Assembly (NCBI GenBank): GCA_025058225.1
Contig: JANXEE010000003.1
Span: 20,366 to 84,365 of the forward strand
Origin: Candidatus Calditenuaceae archaeon
GTDB lineage: Archaea > Thermoproteota > Nitrososphaeria_A > Caldarchaeales > Calditenuaceae
Reading direction: 5' to 3'
DNA length: 64,000 nucleotides
Made by a program: the position numbers and the translations under genes. Below, one piece after another: positions 25,347 to 34,267 of this stretch (position 1 is the stretch's first letter; the number at the start of each line of letters is the position of its first letter). Below the pieces are notes generated by a model. It had not been told where the DNA came from. It did no database searches and saw only the letters and a list, made by a program, of their open reading frames with translations.

Positions 25347-26267
25347 CTAAAGTCTTATTCCGAGCCTCTTCGCTATCTGCTCGAAGTCGTCCCTGTAAAG
25401 GCCCGGAGCGAACTCCTCCGGTACGTCTGGCAACACGGGTATCGGTCCACCCTCTGGCGGCCCCTGCACGACCTCGAGCTCGCCGTCGCCTGTCGGTGCC
25501 ATGCCCCTCCAGATGCGCTCGATGTCCTTGTAGTCGTTCTGGCTGAACCTGTAGAGCTTCCTGTGGACTCCCTTGGCCATGTAATTCTTGGCCTCGGGGA
25601 ACTTGTCGTTCTCGATCTTCGGGATCGGGAGCATCCGCCACACCTCAACTCCAGTTACGGCCTCCAGGGCCTTCCCGTAGGCGAGCGCGTGCACTCCTCC
25701 CCTCACCAGCAGGTATCCTATCATCTCCCTTGCAACCGGGTTGTCGGTCATCTCGTAGACCCGGATCTTCGCGAGCCTTGCGCCGACCTCGAGGAAGAAG
25801 TTGTGCAATAGGTCCAGCGTCAGGTTTCCGCTCGAGAAGATGTAACCTCCGTGCCAGAAGGCTCCCATGCTGTCCCCAGCGAACGAGGTTATCGCGGTGT
25901 TGATGAAGTGGAACGTGTTGCGTGCAGACTTCCCTCTCTCTAGGGGCTTCTGGTCTGGTGGAACGCTCTTCGTCGACCCCTGAAGCAAAAGGTTGATCGT
26001 CGCAGAGACCAGCTCTATGTGTCCCAGCTCCTCGGTCGCGATGTTCGCAATCAGGTCTCTGAACGGTTTCACCGCCGGGTTGTTGTGGGTCCTGAAGTTG
26101 AAGGACTGGTAGGTGTAGTTCATCAACGTCGACATCTCACCGAACCTGCCTCCTAACAGTTCTTGTACTGCAGCCGCGGCGTCTGGGTCAGGTTCTTTTG
26201 GCTTGGGAAGCTCAATCTGTAACCTGTCTATTCGGAGCCACATAGCGACCGACCTCGAGATCGGCAT
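25347..26267 (-). CDS. Manganese catalase
   Basis: 306 aa. ELLGGRFGEMSTLMNYTYQSFNFR and TEELGHIELV match the di-Mn catalase signature regions. Confidence 0.85.
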   Translation of the reverse strand: MPISRSVAMWLRIDRLQIELPKPKEPDPDAAAAVQELLGGRFGEMSTLMNYTYQSFNFRTHNNPAVKPFRDLIANIATEELGHIELVSATINLLLQGSTKSVPPDQKPLERGKSARNTFHFINTAITSFAGDSMGAFWHGGYIFSSGNLTLDLLHNFFLEVGARLAKIRVYEMTDNPVAREMIGYLLVRGGVHALAYGKALEAVTGVEVWRMLPIPKIENDKFPEAKNYMAKGVHRKLYRFSQNDYKDIERIWRGMAPTGDGELEVVQGPPEGGPIPVLPDVPEEFAPGLYRDDFEQIAKRLGIRL

Positions 26268-26318
26268 TAGTTAGGTTTATGCTTTCAATTGAGAGGAAAA
26301 GTTAAATGAGAATCAAAA

Positions 26319-26756
26319 TCATCTGCGTGACCGGGCCGTGCATGAGGGGCAGAGAACGGCTACATCACACCCCAATACGCGGAACCCCCTTCTTGTAAAG
26401 ACGCTGAAGAGCCCTTTTGTGTGAGAGTCGTCAAAGTCTGTAATGTGACCGCACGCGATGCAATGTAAATTGATGTGAGGTCTCTGGTAGAGTTCGTATC
26501 TCGAAAGACCCCTCATCGACGATATCTCTCTGGTCAGGCCGGTCTTGGTGAAGAGCCGTAGGGTTCTGTACACCGTCGCAACGCCTACTGCCGGAGCTCT
26601 GGAAGCTATGAACTCATATATCTCGGAAGCCGTGGGGTGATCGAGCTTCATCAACGCCTCTGCGACAAGCAGCCTCTGGTGCGTGACCTTTACCCCGTGA
26701 GACTTCAACAACGATAGCAGGTCTTCGGTCGATGAGGGTGGGCGCCGTCTGGACAT
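26319..26756 (-). CDS. Fur-family transcriptional regulator (PerR-like)
   Basis: wHTH plus HINLHCIACGHITDF and C-terminal CPSC (structural Zn site). Lies directly upstream of and co-oriented with the catalase gene. Confidence 0.75.
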   Translation of the reverse strand: MSRRRPPSSTEDLLSLLKSHGVKVTHQRLLVAEALMKLDHPTASEIYEFIASRAPAVGVATVYRTLRLFTKTGLTREISSMRGLSRYELYQRPHINLHCIACGHITDFDDSHTKGLFSVFTRRGFRVLGCDVAVLCPSCTARSRR

Positions 26757-26836
26757 CTCACTTCAGGGGATTCGACTCGGAATTAAGGGGTTGTGTAAAC
26801 GGAAGCCGTCGATCGTTTCATCAGGACTCAAAACCG

Positions 26837-27898
26837 CTACACGGGTCTGAGAGGAGGTGCGTAAAGACCCTCCCTCTCATCGAACCCGCATACCAAGTTC
26901 ATGCACTGCACAGCCTGACCCGCTGCCCCCTTCATCAGGTTGTCGATCGCTGCTAGGAGCGCAGCCCTCCCGATACGCTGCTCCACGGCCATCCCCACGT
27001 CAGCGAAGTTCGAGCCGGTCACGTACTTGGGATCGGGGTGCCTTCCGCCCCTGACGATCCTCACGAACGGTTCCTGACCGTACCTCTTAGCGTAGGCCTT
27101 CCAGACGGTCATCTCGTCTGTTGAGGAGTCTGCCAGCCAGACGTGAGAGGTCGCGAGAGCTCCCCGTACGGCTCCCACCGCGTGTGGCACGAGCGCCACC
27201 CTTACGCTCCTCCCCGACAGCATCGAGAGCTCCTGCTCGACCTCAGCGACGTGCCGGTGACCGGAGGCCTCGTAAGGACGCATGACGTTCGCCCTTTCCG
27301 GATGGTGGGTGCCTAGGGTGGGTTTCATGCCAGCCTCGCTGCTGCCCACCTTAACGTCGACCACGATGTGGTCCAGGTCTATCAGCTTCGATTCGACCGC
27401 TGGGATGAGGGAGAGGAGCGCTGCGGTGGCGTTGCACCCGGGACACGCGACCAGCCGGGCGTTACTCAAATCGGCCCTGTGAAGTTCGGGAAGGCCGTAA
27501 ACTGCCTTAGAGAGTAAATCTGGAGCCCCGTGGGTGAAATCGTACCAGTATTCGTATAGCTTCGGGTCTTTCAACCTGAAGTCTGGGCTCAAATCGATCA
27601 CTCTGAGTCCGTGCTCGACCAACTTGGGTGCCAGGTCCTTAGAGACGCCGCTGGGAGTGCTCGTGAAGACGACGTCACACTTCCCGATGAGTTGGTCGAT
27701 CGAGAGCTGAGAGAACTTCAGACCCCCTAGGAAGCCCTTCAGGTTGAAGTGGACGTTGGAGATGGGCTGACCCGCGTACTCACGTGACGTGGCGACCGTG
27801 ACCTCTGCTCTCGGATGAGTCGCGAGCAACCTGAGTAGCTCTCCACCGGTATAGCCGGAGGCACCGACGATTCCCACCCTGACGGTCTTCGTCCCCAA
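26837..27898 (-). CDS. argC: N-acetyl-gamma-glutamyl-phosphate (or LysW-aminoadipyl-phosphate) reductase
   Basis: VGIVGASGYTGGELLRLL (NAD(P) binding) and the catalytic Cys context VACPGCNATAALL; 353 aa. Confidence 0.85.
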   Translation of the reverse strand: MGTKTVRVGIVGASGYTGGELLRLLATHPRAEVTVATSREYAGQPISNVHFNLKGFLGGLKFSQLSIDQLIGKCDVVFTSTPSGVSKDLAPKLVEHGLRVIDLSPDFRLKDPKLYEYWYDFTHGAPDLLSKAVYGLPELHRADLSNARLVACPGCNATAALLSLIPAVESKLIDLDHIVVDVKVGSSEAGMKPTLGTHHPERANVMRPYEASGHRHVAEVEQELSMLSGRSVRVALVPHAVGAVRGALATSHVWLADSSTDEMTVWKAYAKRYGQEPFVRIVRGGRHPDPKYVTGSNFADVGMAVEQRIGRAALLAAIDNLMKGAAGQAVQCMNLVCGFDEREGLYAPPLRPV

Positions 27899-28065
27899 CC
27901 GTTCAACCGCAAGTTGCCTCCAAATAAAAACCGGAACTGTCCGGTGTGGTTCAAGGAGGCACCGGGGCTGCCCTAGGGCACCAGGTGGGTGGCATACACG
28001 TAGATGTCCCCCGCAGAACCTATCGCGATACGCATTAAGGGGAGTCGGGAGTATGAGGTGCGGCT

Positions 28066-31000
28066 GTGGTCCACATTAAGAGGATAACGCTTCAGGGGTT
28101 CAAGTCGTTCCCCCCGAAAAGGCAGACGATCGAGCTGGTGAAGGGGTTCGTGGTCATCGCCGGCCCCAACGGCAGCGGGAAGAGCAACATAATCGACGCC
28201 ATTAGGTTCGCGTTCGGGGAACTGAGCCCACATGCCCTCAGAGTCTCGAGGATGTCGGAGCTCGTGAACCAGTCTGAGGGTGGGGGGACCGCTCAGTCGG
28301 CAAGGGTCACGGTCGTTCTCGAGAACTCGGGAAGGGCCATACCCTTAGACTCCGAGGAGGTCGTGGTCACGCGGCGGCTCCACGCCAACGGCGAGAGCGA
28401 GTACTCTGTGAACAACAGGACCATGGGGAGGTCGGACGTCCTCAGCTTGCTGGCGGCTGCGAACGTCAGGCCCTCAGGGTTCAACATCGTCAGTCAGGGG
28501 GCTGTACTGGGAATCGCGGAGATGGGGCCCGACGACCTCAGGGAGCTGATAGAGGAGGTCGCTGGGACGGCGGAATTCGACCAGCGGAAACAGGAGGCCC
28601 TGAAGGAGCTCGAGAGAGCCGATCGTAACGTGGCCGTGGCTAGGGCCAGCGCTGACGAGGTGAGGAGGAGGCTCACGCAACTCGAGACGGAGTGGTTCAA
28701 CCTCTCGAGACGCAGGCACGTGGAGAAGGAGCTGGAGTTCGTCAAGTGGAGGGAGGTCGTCTCTGAGCTGTCGAGGATCGATCAGGAGTTGATCAGGGTC
28801 TCGGAGGCGATCGGGTCGTTGCAGGATGTAAAGACCAGGAAGGAGGAAGAGCTCGAACGTCTGAGCAGAGAACTCTCCGGACTCGAGAGCGATGAGAGCT
28901 CTCTACGGTCTGAGGAGGTCGAAGTCGAGTCGAGTATCAGGGCCCTCTCCGACGAGCTGAGTTCGATGAAGGAGACGCTGGAGAGAACGAGGACTAAGAT
29001 GCGCGACTCCGGTCAGAGGTACGCCGAGATCAAGAGGCGGGCGATCTCTGTCAGCTCCTCAGTCGTCGCCGAAGCCGAGCTGGCCCGCTCCGTGAGGGAA
29101 AAGGTGGCGTCGTTAGAGGGTGTGATCGAAGAGCTGACCGGTGAGCTCAGGAGCGTCGAGGGCAGGCTCTCGGAGGTGAACGCGATCGTTGAGCTGCTTA
29201 AATCCAAGCTGGAGAAATACGAAGAGGCCCTGAGGGCGTCTTCGGCTGAGCGGAGCAGGTTGCAACAGGAGCTCTCTGGGCTGAACGATGAGCTAGCACG
29301 ACTGAGGGGTGAGGAGGCCAAGCACTCTGCGAGGTTGGAGACCCTGAGGTCTGAGGCGAAGTTGCGTGCTGACGAGCTGAGAAAGGTGAGAGAAGAGCTG
29401 GAGAATCTGAGCTCCTTGAGGGCAGAGATCGCGAGGAGGTTGGAGGGAGGGAAGAGGCTCGTAGAGGAGCTAGACCGTAAATCGAAGGAGCTCGAGGAGA
29501 AACGTTCCCAACTTCTCGAGTGCGTCAGGGACGGAGAGGCGAGGCTCGCGGCTGTTGGGCACGACGTTCGACGTCCCACCTCGGAAGCCTTTGAGAGGTT
29601 GAGGGGGGAGCTCGGAGGCCGTGTTGTCGGCGTTCTCGGTGAGCTCTTGACCTTCCCGGAGGGGATGGAACCCATCTATGAGAGGTTGCTCGGAGATCTG
29701 CTTGGCGCGCTGGTCTTCAGGAAGGACGCCGACGCTTTGGCCGCGGTCCTGGCTGCGAGCGAGCTCAACCTTCGCCTGTACGCGATCAGCATAGAGGGCA
29801 GAGGCTCGTGTGACGACAGAAGTGGGAGTTGTCTGGCCTGCGCTGCGAGGAGCGGATCCAGCGAGGCTAGGGCAGCGCTCCACGTCGCACTCTCCTGGGC
29901 TGAGTTCGTCGAAGACCGCGCCTTTCCGGCAAAAAGGGCCGCTGTAAACGCCACTGGAGCACATCACAACGGCAACGGAGTTTTCGCATCGCTCGGTGGT
30001 GTCGTCTCCGAGGTGGAGCTGAGATCAGAGGCCAGGGCTGTACGCGAGCTGGTGGCCTCGTTACGGGAGGGCCTGAAGGTGACCGAAGCTGAACTGGAGA
30101 GGTTGAGGGGTGAGATGTCAGCTGTCCGCGAGATCGAGTCCGAGTTGAAGGGAGAACAGAGGTCTATAGAGTCTCGAGAGACGGAGCTGAAGGACCGGGA
30201 GAGGAGACTGCTGTCTGAAGTCAGGAGGATTGAGGCGGAGTCCTCGAGGGTCGAGTCTGCTTCCCGCGAACTGCAGTCGATCATCGCGACCTTATCGGTT
30301 CGACGAGAGGAGCTGGAGAGAGCCCTGAAGGGTGTCACCACGCCTGAAGTCCCCGAACAGGAGAGGAAAGAGCTGCAGCATCAGTCGGAGATTCGACTAA
30401 ACTTATTGTCTGAGCGGTCGAGGCTCATCGCGGAACTCAGGAGGCTCGTAGAACAGGCTGACTCCCTTCGGAAGGAGTTGGCCGCGGTCGCAGGAAGGGT
30501 GGCCGATGCACCTGCGAGGATCTCGGAGCTCGAGAGGGCTGCAGCCTCCCACCTAGAGCGCGCGAGGTCAGCCGCCCTGGAGTTCGCCCGGCTATTGAAG
30601 TCCGTCAAGGAGAAGCAGTCGGAGCTCTCGAGGCTTGAAGACCGCCGTCAGCAAATCCGGAGAAGGTCGGTTGAGCTCTCAGACAGGATCAAGACCCTGA
30701 GGGGGAGAAGGGACGGGCTTGCGGAGGAGCTGGCCCGAATCGACTCGGAGTTGGAGGCTTGGAGGCTCTCTAGGGTTGAGCTCTCCTCAAGGCGAAAGGC
30801 CCTAGAGGAGAGGTTGTCTGGCTCTGAGGTCCCCGTTCACGAGGTGGCCTACGAGCTTCCTCAGAACGTCATCGAGGAGATCAAGTCCTCCCTCGAGAGA
30901 GAACTGAAGGAGTTGGAGCTGGTCAACCAGTTAGCGCCGATGCAGTACGGAGAGGTCTCGTCGACGTACAGACAGAGGTCGATCAGGATATCGGAGCTTG

Positions 31001-31530
31001 AGGTTGAGAGGAACGAGATACTGAAGCTGATCGAGGAGATCGATTCGCATAAGCTCAAGGTCGTGACGGACACCGTTCGTAAAGTCTCAGAGATGTTCGG
31101 AGAGTACTTCAGCAGGCTGACCGGTGGCGATGCGTGGTTGGAGTTCACCGATCCCCAAAACCCACTCGAATCCGGGATAGAGATGGTCGTGAGGTTCCCC
31201 GGGAAGGCTCCTAGATCGACGAGGGGCGTCAGTGGAGGCGAGAAGTCCGTCTCGGCGGTCGCGCTGCTGCTCTCGTTGCAGTCCCTAACACCGGCCGACT
31301 TCTTGATCCTCGACGAGGTCGACGCTCACCTGGACGCCGCGTACTCCTCGAACTTGGCAGCGCTGCTGAAGGAGATGTCCAAAAGGGTTCAGATAATCGT
31401 GATCAGCCTGAAGGATATAGTCGCCGAGAAGGCGGACCTCCTGATCGGTGTTTACGGCAGGAAAGGCGCGTCCCATTTCATATCGACCAAGCTGGGTGAG
31501 TTGCTTGAGGGAGAGCAGGGAGCGGATTGA
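28066..31530 (+). CDS. smc: Chromosome segregation protein SMC
   Basis: 1154 aa. N-terminal ITLQGFKSF...IAGPNGSGKSNIIDAIRF (Walker A), long coiled coils and a central hinge. C-terminal GVSGGEKSVSAVALLLSLQ (signature) and LILDEVDAHLD (Walker B). Confidence 0.9.
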   Translation: MVHIKRITLQGFKSFPPKRQTIELVKGFVVIAGPNGSGKSNIIDAIRFAFGELSPHALRVSRMSELVNQSEGGGTAQSARVTVVLENSGRAIPLDSEEVVVTRRLHANGESEYSVNNRTMGRSDVLSLLAAANVRPSGFNIVSQGAVLGIAEMGPDDLRELIEEVAGTAEFDQRKQEALKELERADRNVAVARASADEVRRRLTQLETEWFNLSRRRHVEKELEFVKWREVVSELSRIDQELIRVSEAIGSLQDVKTRKEEELERLSRELSGLESDESSLRSEEVEVESSIRALSDELSSMKETLERTRTKMRDSGQRYAEIKRRAISVSSSVVAEAELARSVREKVASLEGVIEELTGELRSVEGRLSEVNAIVELLKSKLEKYEEALRASSAERSRLQQELSGLNDELARLRGEEAKHSARLETLRSEAKLRADELRKVREELENLSSLRAEIARRLEGGKRLVEELDRKSKELEEKRSQLLECVRDGEARLAAVGHDVRRPTSEAFERLRGELGGRVVGVLGELLTFPEGMEPIYERLLGDLLGALVFRKDADALAAVLAASELNLRLYAISIEGRGSCDDRSGSCLACAARSGSSEARAALHVALSWAEFVEDRAFPAKRAAVNATGAHHNGNGVFASLGGVVSEVELRSEARAVRELVASLREGLKVTEAELERLRGEMSAVREIESELKGEQRSIESRETELKDRERRLLSEVRRIEAESSRVESASRELQSIIATLSVRREELERALKGVTTPEVPEQERKELQHQSEIRLNLLSERSRLIAELRRLVEQADSLRKELAAVAGRVADAPARISELERAAASHLERARSAALEFARLLKSVKEKQSELSRLEDRRQQIRRRSVELSDRIKTLRGRRDGLAEELARIDSELEAWRLSRVELSSRRKALEERLSGSEVPVHEVAYELPQNVIEEIKSSLERELKELELVNQLAPMQYGEVSSTYRQRSIRISELEVERNEILKLIEEIDSHKLKVVTDTVRKVSEMFGEYFSRLTGGDAWLEFTDPQNPLESGIEMVVRFPGKAPRSTRGVSGGEKSVSAVALLLSLQSLTPADFLILDEVDAHLDAAYSSNLAALLKEMSKRVQIIVISLKDIVAEKADLLIGVYGRKGASHFISTKLGELLEGEQGAD

Positions 31531-32149
31531 GGAATTAGGATGGAAGGTCCTACTCAACCCGGCGGCCGTTAAGCGGGTCGACCCTTGGAGGTTGAGACTC
31601 ATACCGCTGCTGCAGCAGTTCGCGGCGGCCTTCAGGTCCACAGAGGTCACGTTCACCCACGCGGGAATAGTCGTCCTTAACGCCTCAACCGTGCACAGGG
31701 AGAAGTCCGAGAGGCTGGAAGTCGAAGAGGAGCGTCCTAGACCCGAGAGGCCTGACCTGATCGTACCACCCCCGGTCGAGTTGCCAATAAGGGGGGACGT
31801 GCTCAGCGCGACGCTGTTGGACATCGTCAAGGCCCTGAGGATCGTTCTGGAGAGGATGCACTCGGAGAGGAGCAGCAAGTTCGAACAGATCAACGTCGAT
31901 ATCAAGCTCGACGATTACCTGATCAGGATCGAGGAGGAGTTCAACGCCTTCATTCAGGAGCTGACCGAGTACTTCGCTGACAGGGAGCTGATGACCCTAG
32001 TCGAGTTGATCCGGGGTCTCGACAGACTGACCGCGGTCAAGCGGATCATACTGCTGCTGTTCGCTGCGAACAGGGGCTACGTCGATCTCATCCAAGACGA
32101 ATCAGGCAACGGGGTTTTGGTCAGATGGGGTGGTTCGGGTGGTGCGTAA
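31448..32149 (+). CDS. scpA: Segregation and condensation protein A (kleisin)
   Basis: Position directly after smc. VDPWRLRLIPLLQQF and a C-terminal winged-helix-like region. The true start is probably GTG/TTG near 31494-31506 rather than 31448. Confidence 0.6.
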   Translation: MFTAGKARPISYRPSWVSCLRESRERIEELGWKVLLNPAAVKRVDPWRLRLIPLLQQFAAAFRSTEVTFTHAGIVVLNASTVHREKSERLEVEEERPRPERPDLIVPPPVELPIRGDVLSATLLDIVKALRIVLERMHSERSSKFEQINVDIKLDDYLIRIEEEFNAFIQELTEYFADRELMTLVELIRGLDRLTAVKRIILLLFAANRGYVDLIQDESGNGVLVRWGGSGGA

Positions 32150-32720
32150 CAAGCTCAGCGAGGGTGAGGCTCGGGTGGTGGTCGAGGCGATACTCTTCGC
32201 CGCCAACAGACCGGTCGATCTCAGGACGCTGATGAGGGCCACGAGCTGGAGGAGCTCGAAGGAGATGATGAGGTTGTTGAATGACCTGAAGCGCGACTAC
32301 GACGAGCAGGGGAGGGCCTTCACGCTGACCGAGCTCCCCGGTGAACGGTTCCTCCTTCACGTCCGGCACGAGCTGCTCCCCATCGTCAGGAGACACTACA
32401 GGGGCTCCCTCCTCTCATCCGCGACCCTCAAGACGCTCTCCTTCATCGCGTACCATCAGCCGATCGAGATGTCTGCGATCGCCGCGGTGAGGGGCTCGAG
32501 GGCCTACGTTCAGGTCAGGGAGCTGGAGGACTTGGGCCTCGTTGAGGTGGAACGGAGAGGCCGCAAGCGGATACTTCGCACATCCCAGCTCTTCTCGACC
32601 CTTATCGGCGTAGATGGCTCAGGCTCAAGGGTAAAGAGGCTCATCGAACAGGCGCTGCAGCAACAGGGAGGGGCCGGTCAGGGCGACGGAGGACGGAAGG
32701 GGGCCGAACCGAACATTTGA
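32130..32720 (+). CDS. scpB: Segregation and condensation protein B
   Basis: VVEAILFAANRPVDLRTLMRAT and LKTLSFIAYHQPIEMSAIAAVRG are typical of the ScpB tandem wHTH. Overlaps scpA. Confidence 0.75.
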   Translation: MVRVVRNKLSEGEARVVVEAILFAANRPVDLRTLMRATSWRSSKEMMRLLNDLKRDYDEQGRAFTLTELPGERFLLHVRHELLPIVRRHYRGSLLSSATLKTLSFIAYHQPIEMSAIAAVRGSRAYVQVRELEDLGLVEVERRGRKRILRTSQLFSTLIGVDGSGSRVKRLIEQALQQQGGAGQGDGGRKGAEPNI

Positions 32721-32738
32721 CATAAGTGACTTGTTAGG

Positions 32739-33033
32739 TTGTTTAAGAACAAGTCCGGTCTGGCATCCGTCGCGATGAGCGTGAGGTTCGCACCTGAGGT
32801 TGGAGAGAAGGAGATAACGAGGGCCATCGTCTCGAAGTTCGCCGAGCAGCTCCACTCGTCTGTGGAGAGCGATGTAGTGGTCGTGGGAGGTGGTCCTGCA
32901 GGCCTCATGGCCGCTAGGGACCTAGCGATCAAAGGGGTCAAGGTGCTGGATGCTGCTCTCCGGCCGTAGGGCTGCCGAGATCGCGTCGATGAAGCTACAG
33001 GAGCTCGAGATAAAGAGTGCTCCTCTAAAATAA
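32739..33033 (+). pseudogene. thi4: thi4 (thiazole synthase) remnant with an internal out-of-frame deletion
   Basis: The first ~70 codons match the Thi4 N-terminus (EITRAIVSKFAEQL...DVVVVGGGPAGLMAARDLAIKGVKVL). After about nt 32948 the +1 frame reads MLLSGRRAAEIASMKLQELEIK-stop, which is the Thi4 C-terminal end. The central ~170 codons are missing. Confidence 0.6.
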
Positions 33034-33055
33034 AAACCCCGTTAAATTTTTATTG

Positions 33056-34031
33056 TTACTTCAGTAATGTAATGTTTCCTCGAATAGGCCCGGATCCCCG
33101 GCTTCTTATCATTCGTGCAATATTATATGCGATGAGCAGAGCCAGAGCGACTGCAAGTGCTGCGATAATCAGAGTCGATGTCTGAGGGTCTTGTAGCGGC
33201 CCTCCGTCGCCAGGCCTGACCCTCTCCGTGACCGTCTGTGTAGAAGTGGCTGTTGTGGTGGTGAGATCCCTCACGGTTGTGAACTTCACGTCCGTTGTCA
33301 TGACCTCCTTCGTCGTTACCGACACCAACGTTGCGGTAACCGAGCTGACGACCGTCGCGGTACTCGTCTGCGTGGTAGTCAGTTCCACTCGGGTCGTCAC
33401 GGTGGTGGGTGACAGAGTCGTGGTCACGTTGACGAAGCGGGTTACGGTCGCCGCGGGGAGTGTGGTGGTAACGGTCTCAGTCACGGTGGCTGGTGGTGCC
33501 TCATCGGAACAGTAGAAGGCCTCTATGAGGAGGCCGGTCGGAGTGCCGGCGGGTCCGTTTTGAACTACTACGGTCACGTTGTTTATGCCCGAACCCACAG
33601 GGAACACCCACCATCCGGGTTGAGAGGGCCAGAGAGCGTAACCCGGTATGTTGATGCCGATGTAAGGTGAAGTTGGTGTTTCCCGGAGCAGGGCCCGGCT
33701 GGTTGTTGACCGGCCTGTAGGGGTTTATCCACATCGCCCTCGAGCCTACCGGAGGGCCTGAGTGCCAAGCGCCCGGCACAGGGTTCACGACCCACGGTCT
33801 CTCAGACGTACCGTCTGGCAACCTGACGAACCAATCAAGAGGCGTTGAAACAGGATGCTCCCTCGATCCTGCAGGCTTCGCCGCGAAGTTCAGCGAGCCG
33901 GTGCTGAGGTCCATCATGCACGCGCACGTCTCTGGAGCCCTCGTGGTCGTGGTCACCCCCTCTCTGCTTTGCGCGCTAACGGTGACCATCTGTACGGCCA
34001 CAGGAATCAGCACCAGACCCGACAGAGCCAA
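33056..34031 (-). pseudogene. Secreted Thr/Val-rich membrane-anchored surface protein interrupted by a +1 frameshift
   Basis: ORFs 33501-34031 and 33056-33607 join into one reading frame if one T of the TT at minus-strand position 33665/33664 is skipped: ...GPAPGNTNFT|YIGINIPGYALWPSQPGWWVFPVG.... The N-terminus is signal-like, the stalk is T-rich, and a C-terminal TM is LIIAALAVALALLIAY. Confidence 0.55.
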
Positions 34032-34176
34032 CGCTAGGCAGAGTTTAACCGGTCTTGAACCTAAAGGAATTGGACCTTCGGAAGGAGATCACGATTTAAG
34101 TATAATTCTGAAGGGAGTTCCTCTGTCTGAACGTGAGAAGTATAAGAACAAGCCGGCTGATCGTCACATACGGCGA

Positions 34177-34250
34177 GCCTGGGTAGTATAGCCAGGTTAG
34201 TATACCGGCCTGTCGAGCCGGTGACCCGGGTTCAAATCCCGGCCCAGGCG
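34177..34250 (+). tRNA. tRNA-Asp (anticodon GTC)
   Basis: Hand fold. Acceptor GCCTGGG/CCCAGGC, anticodon stem CCGGC/GCCGG with loop CTGTCGA, T-arm CCGGG-TTCAAAT-CCCGG, discriminator G. No encoded CCA. TATA-like agtataag lies about 30 nt upstream. Confidence 0.85.
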
Positions 34251-34267
34251 TTAACGATGCGGCCCGC

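Noticed and set aside
26757-26836. Possible C/D-box sRNA on the minus strand: TGATGA followed about 56 nt later by CTGA
   Set aside because: There are no recognisable internal D' and C' boxes at the expected spacing and no terminal stem. The region is also the promoter/5' region of the Fur-like gene. The match is too weak to call.
28293-31905. Many long antisense or out-of-frame ORFs inside smc (e.g. 29013-29675, 29470-29967, 31285-31905), rich in Ser, Leu and Arg
   Set aside because: The low-complexity composition is typical of alternative frames of a GC-rich coiled-coil gene, and all lie entirely within the well-supported smc/scpA frames.
28066-32720. SMC-kleisin cluster considered as a Wadjet/JetABCD-type or other SMC-based defence system
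   Set aside because: It is a full-length canonical SMC followed by ScpA- and ScpB-like genes. No JetD/Toprim-like nuclease is present. This is the housekeeping condensin.
33228-33515. V/T-rich 95-aa plus-strand ORF, and DNA-level GTnGTn periodicity that could be mistaken for a repeat array
   Set aside because: It is the antisense of the Thr/Val-rich stalk region of the surface-protein gene. The periodicity reflects codon repetition (ACC/GTC), not a CRISPR or tandem repeat with spacers.
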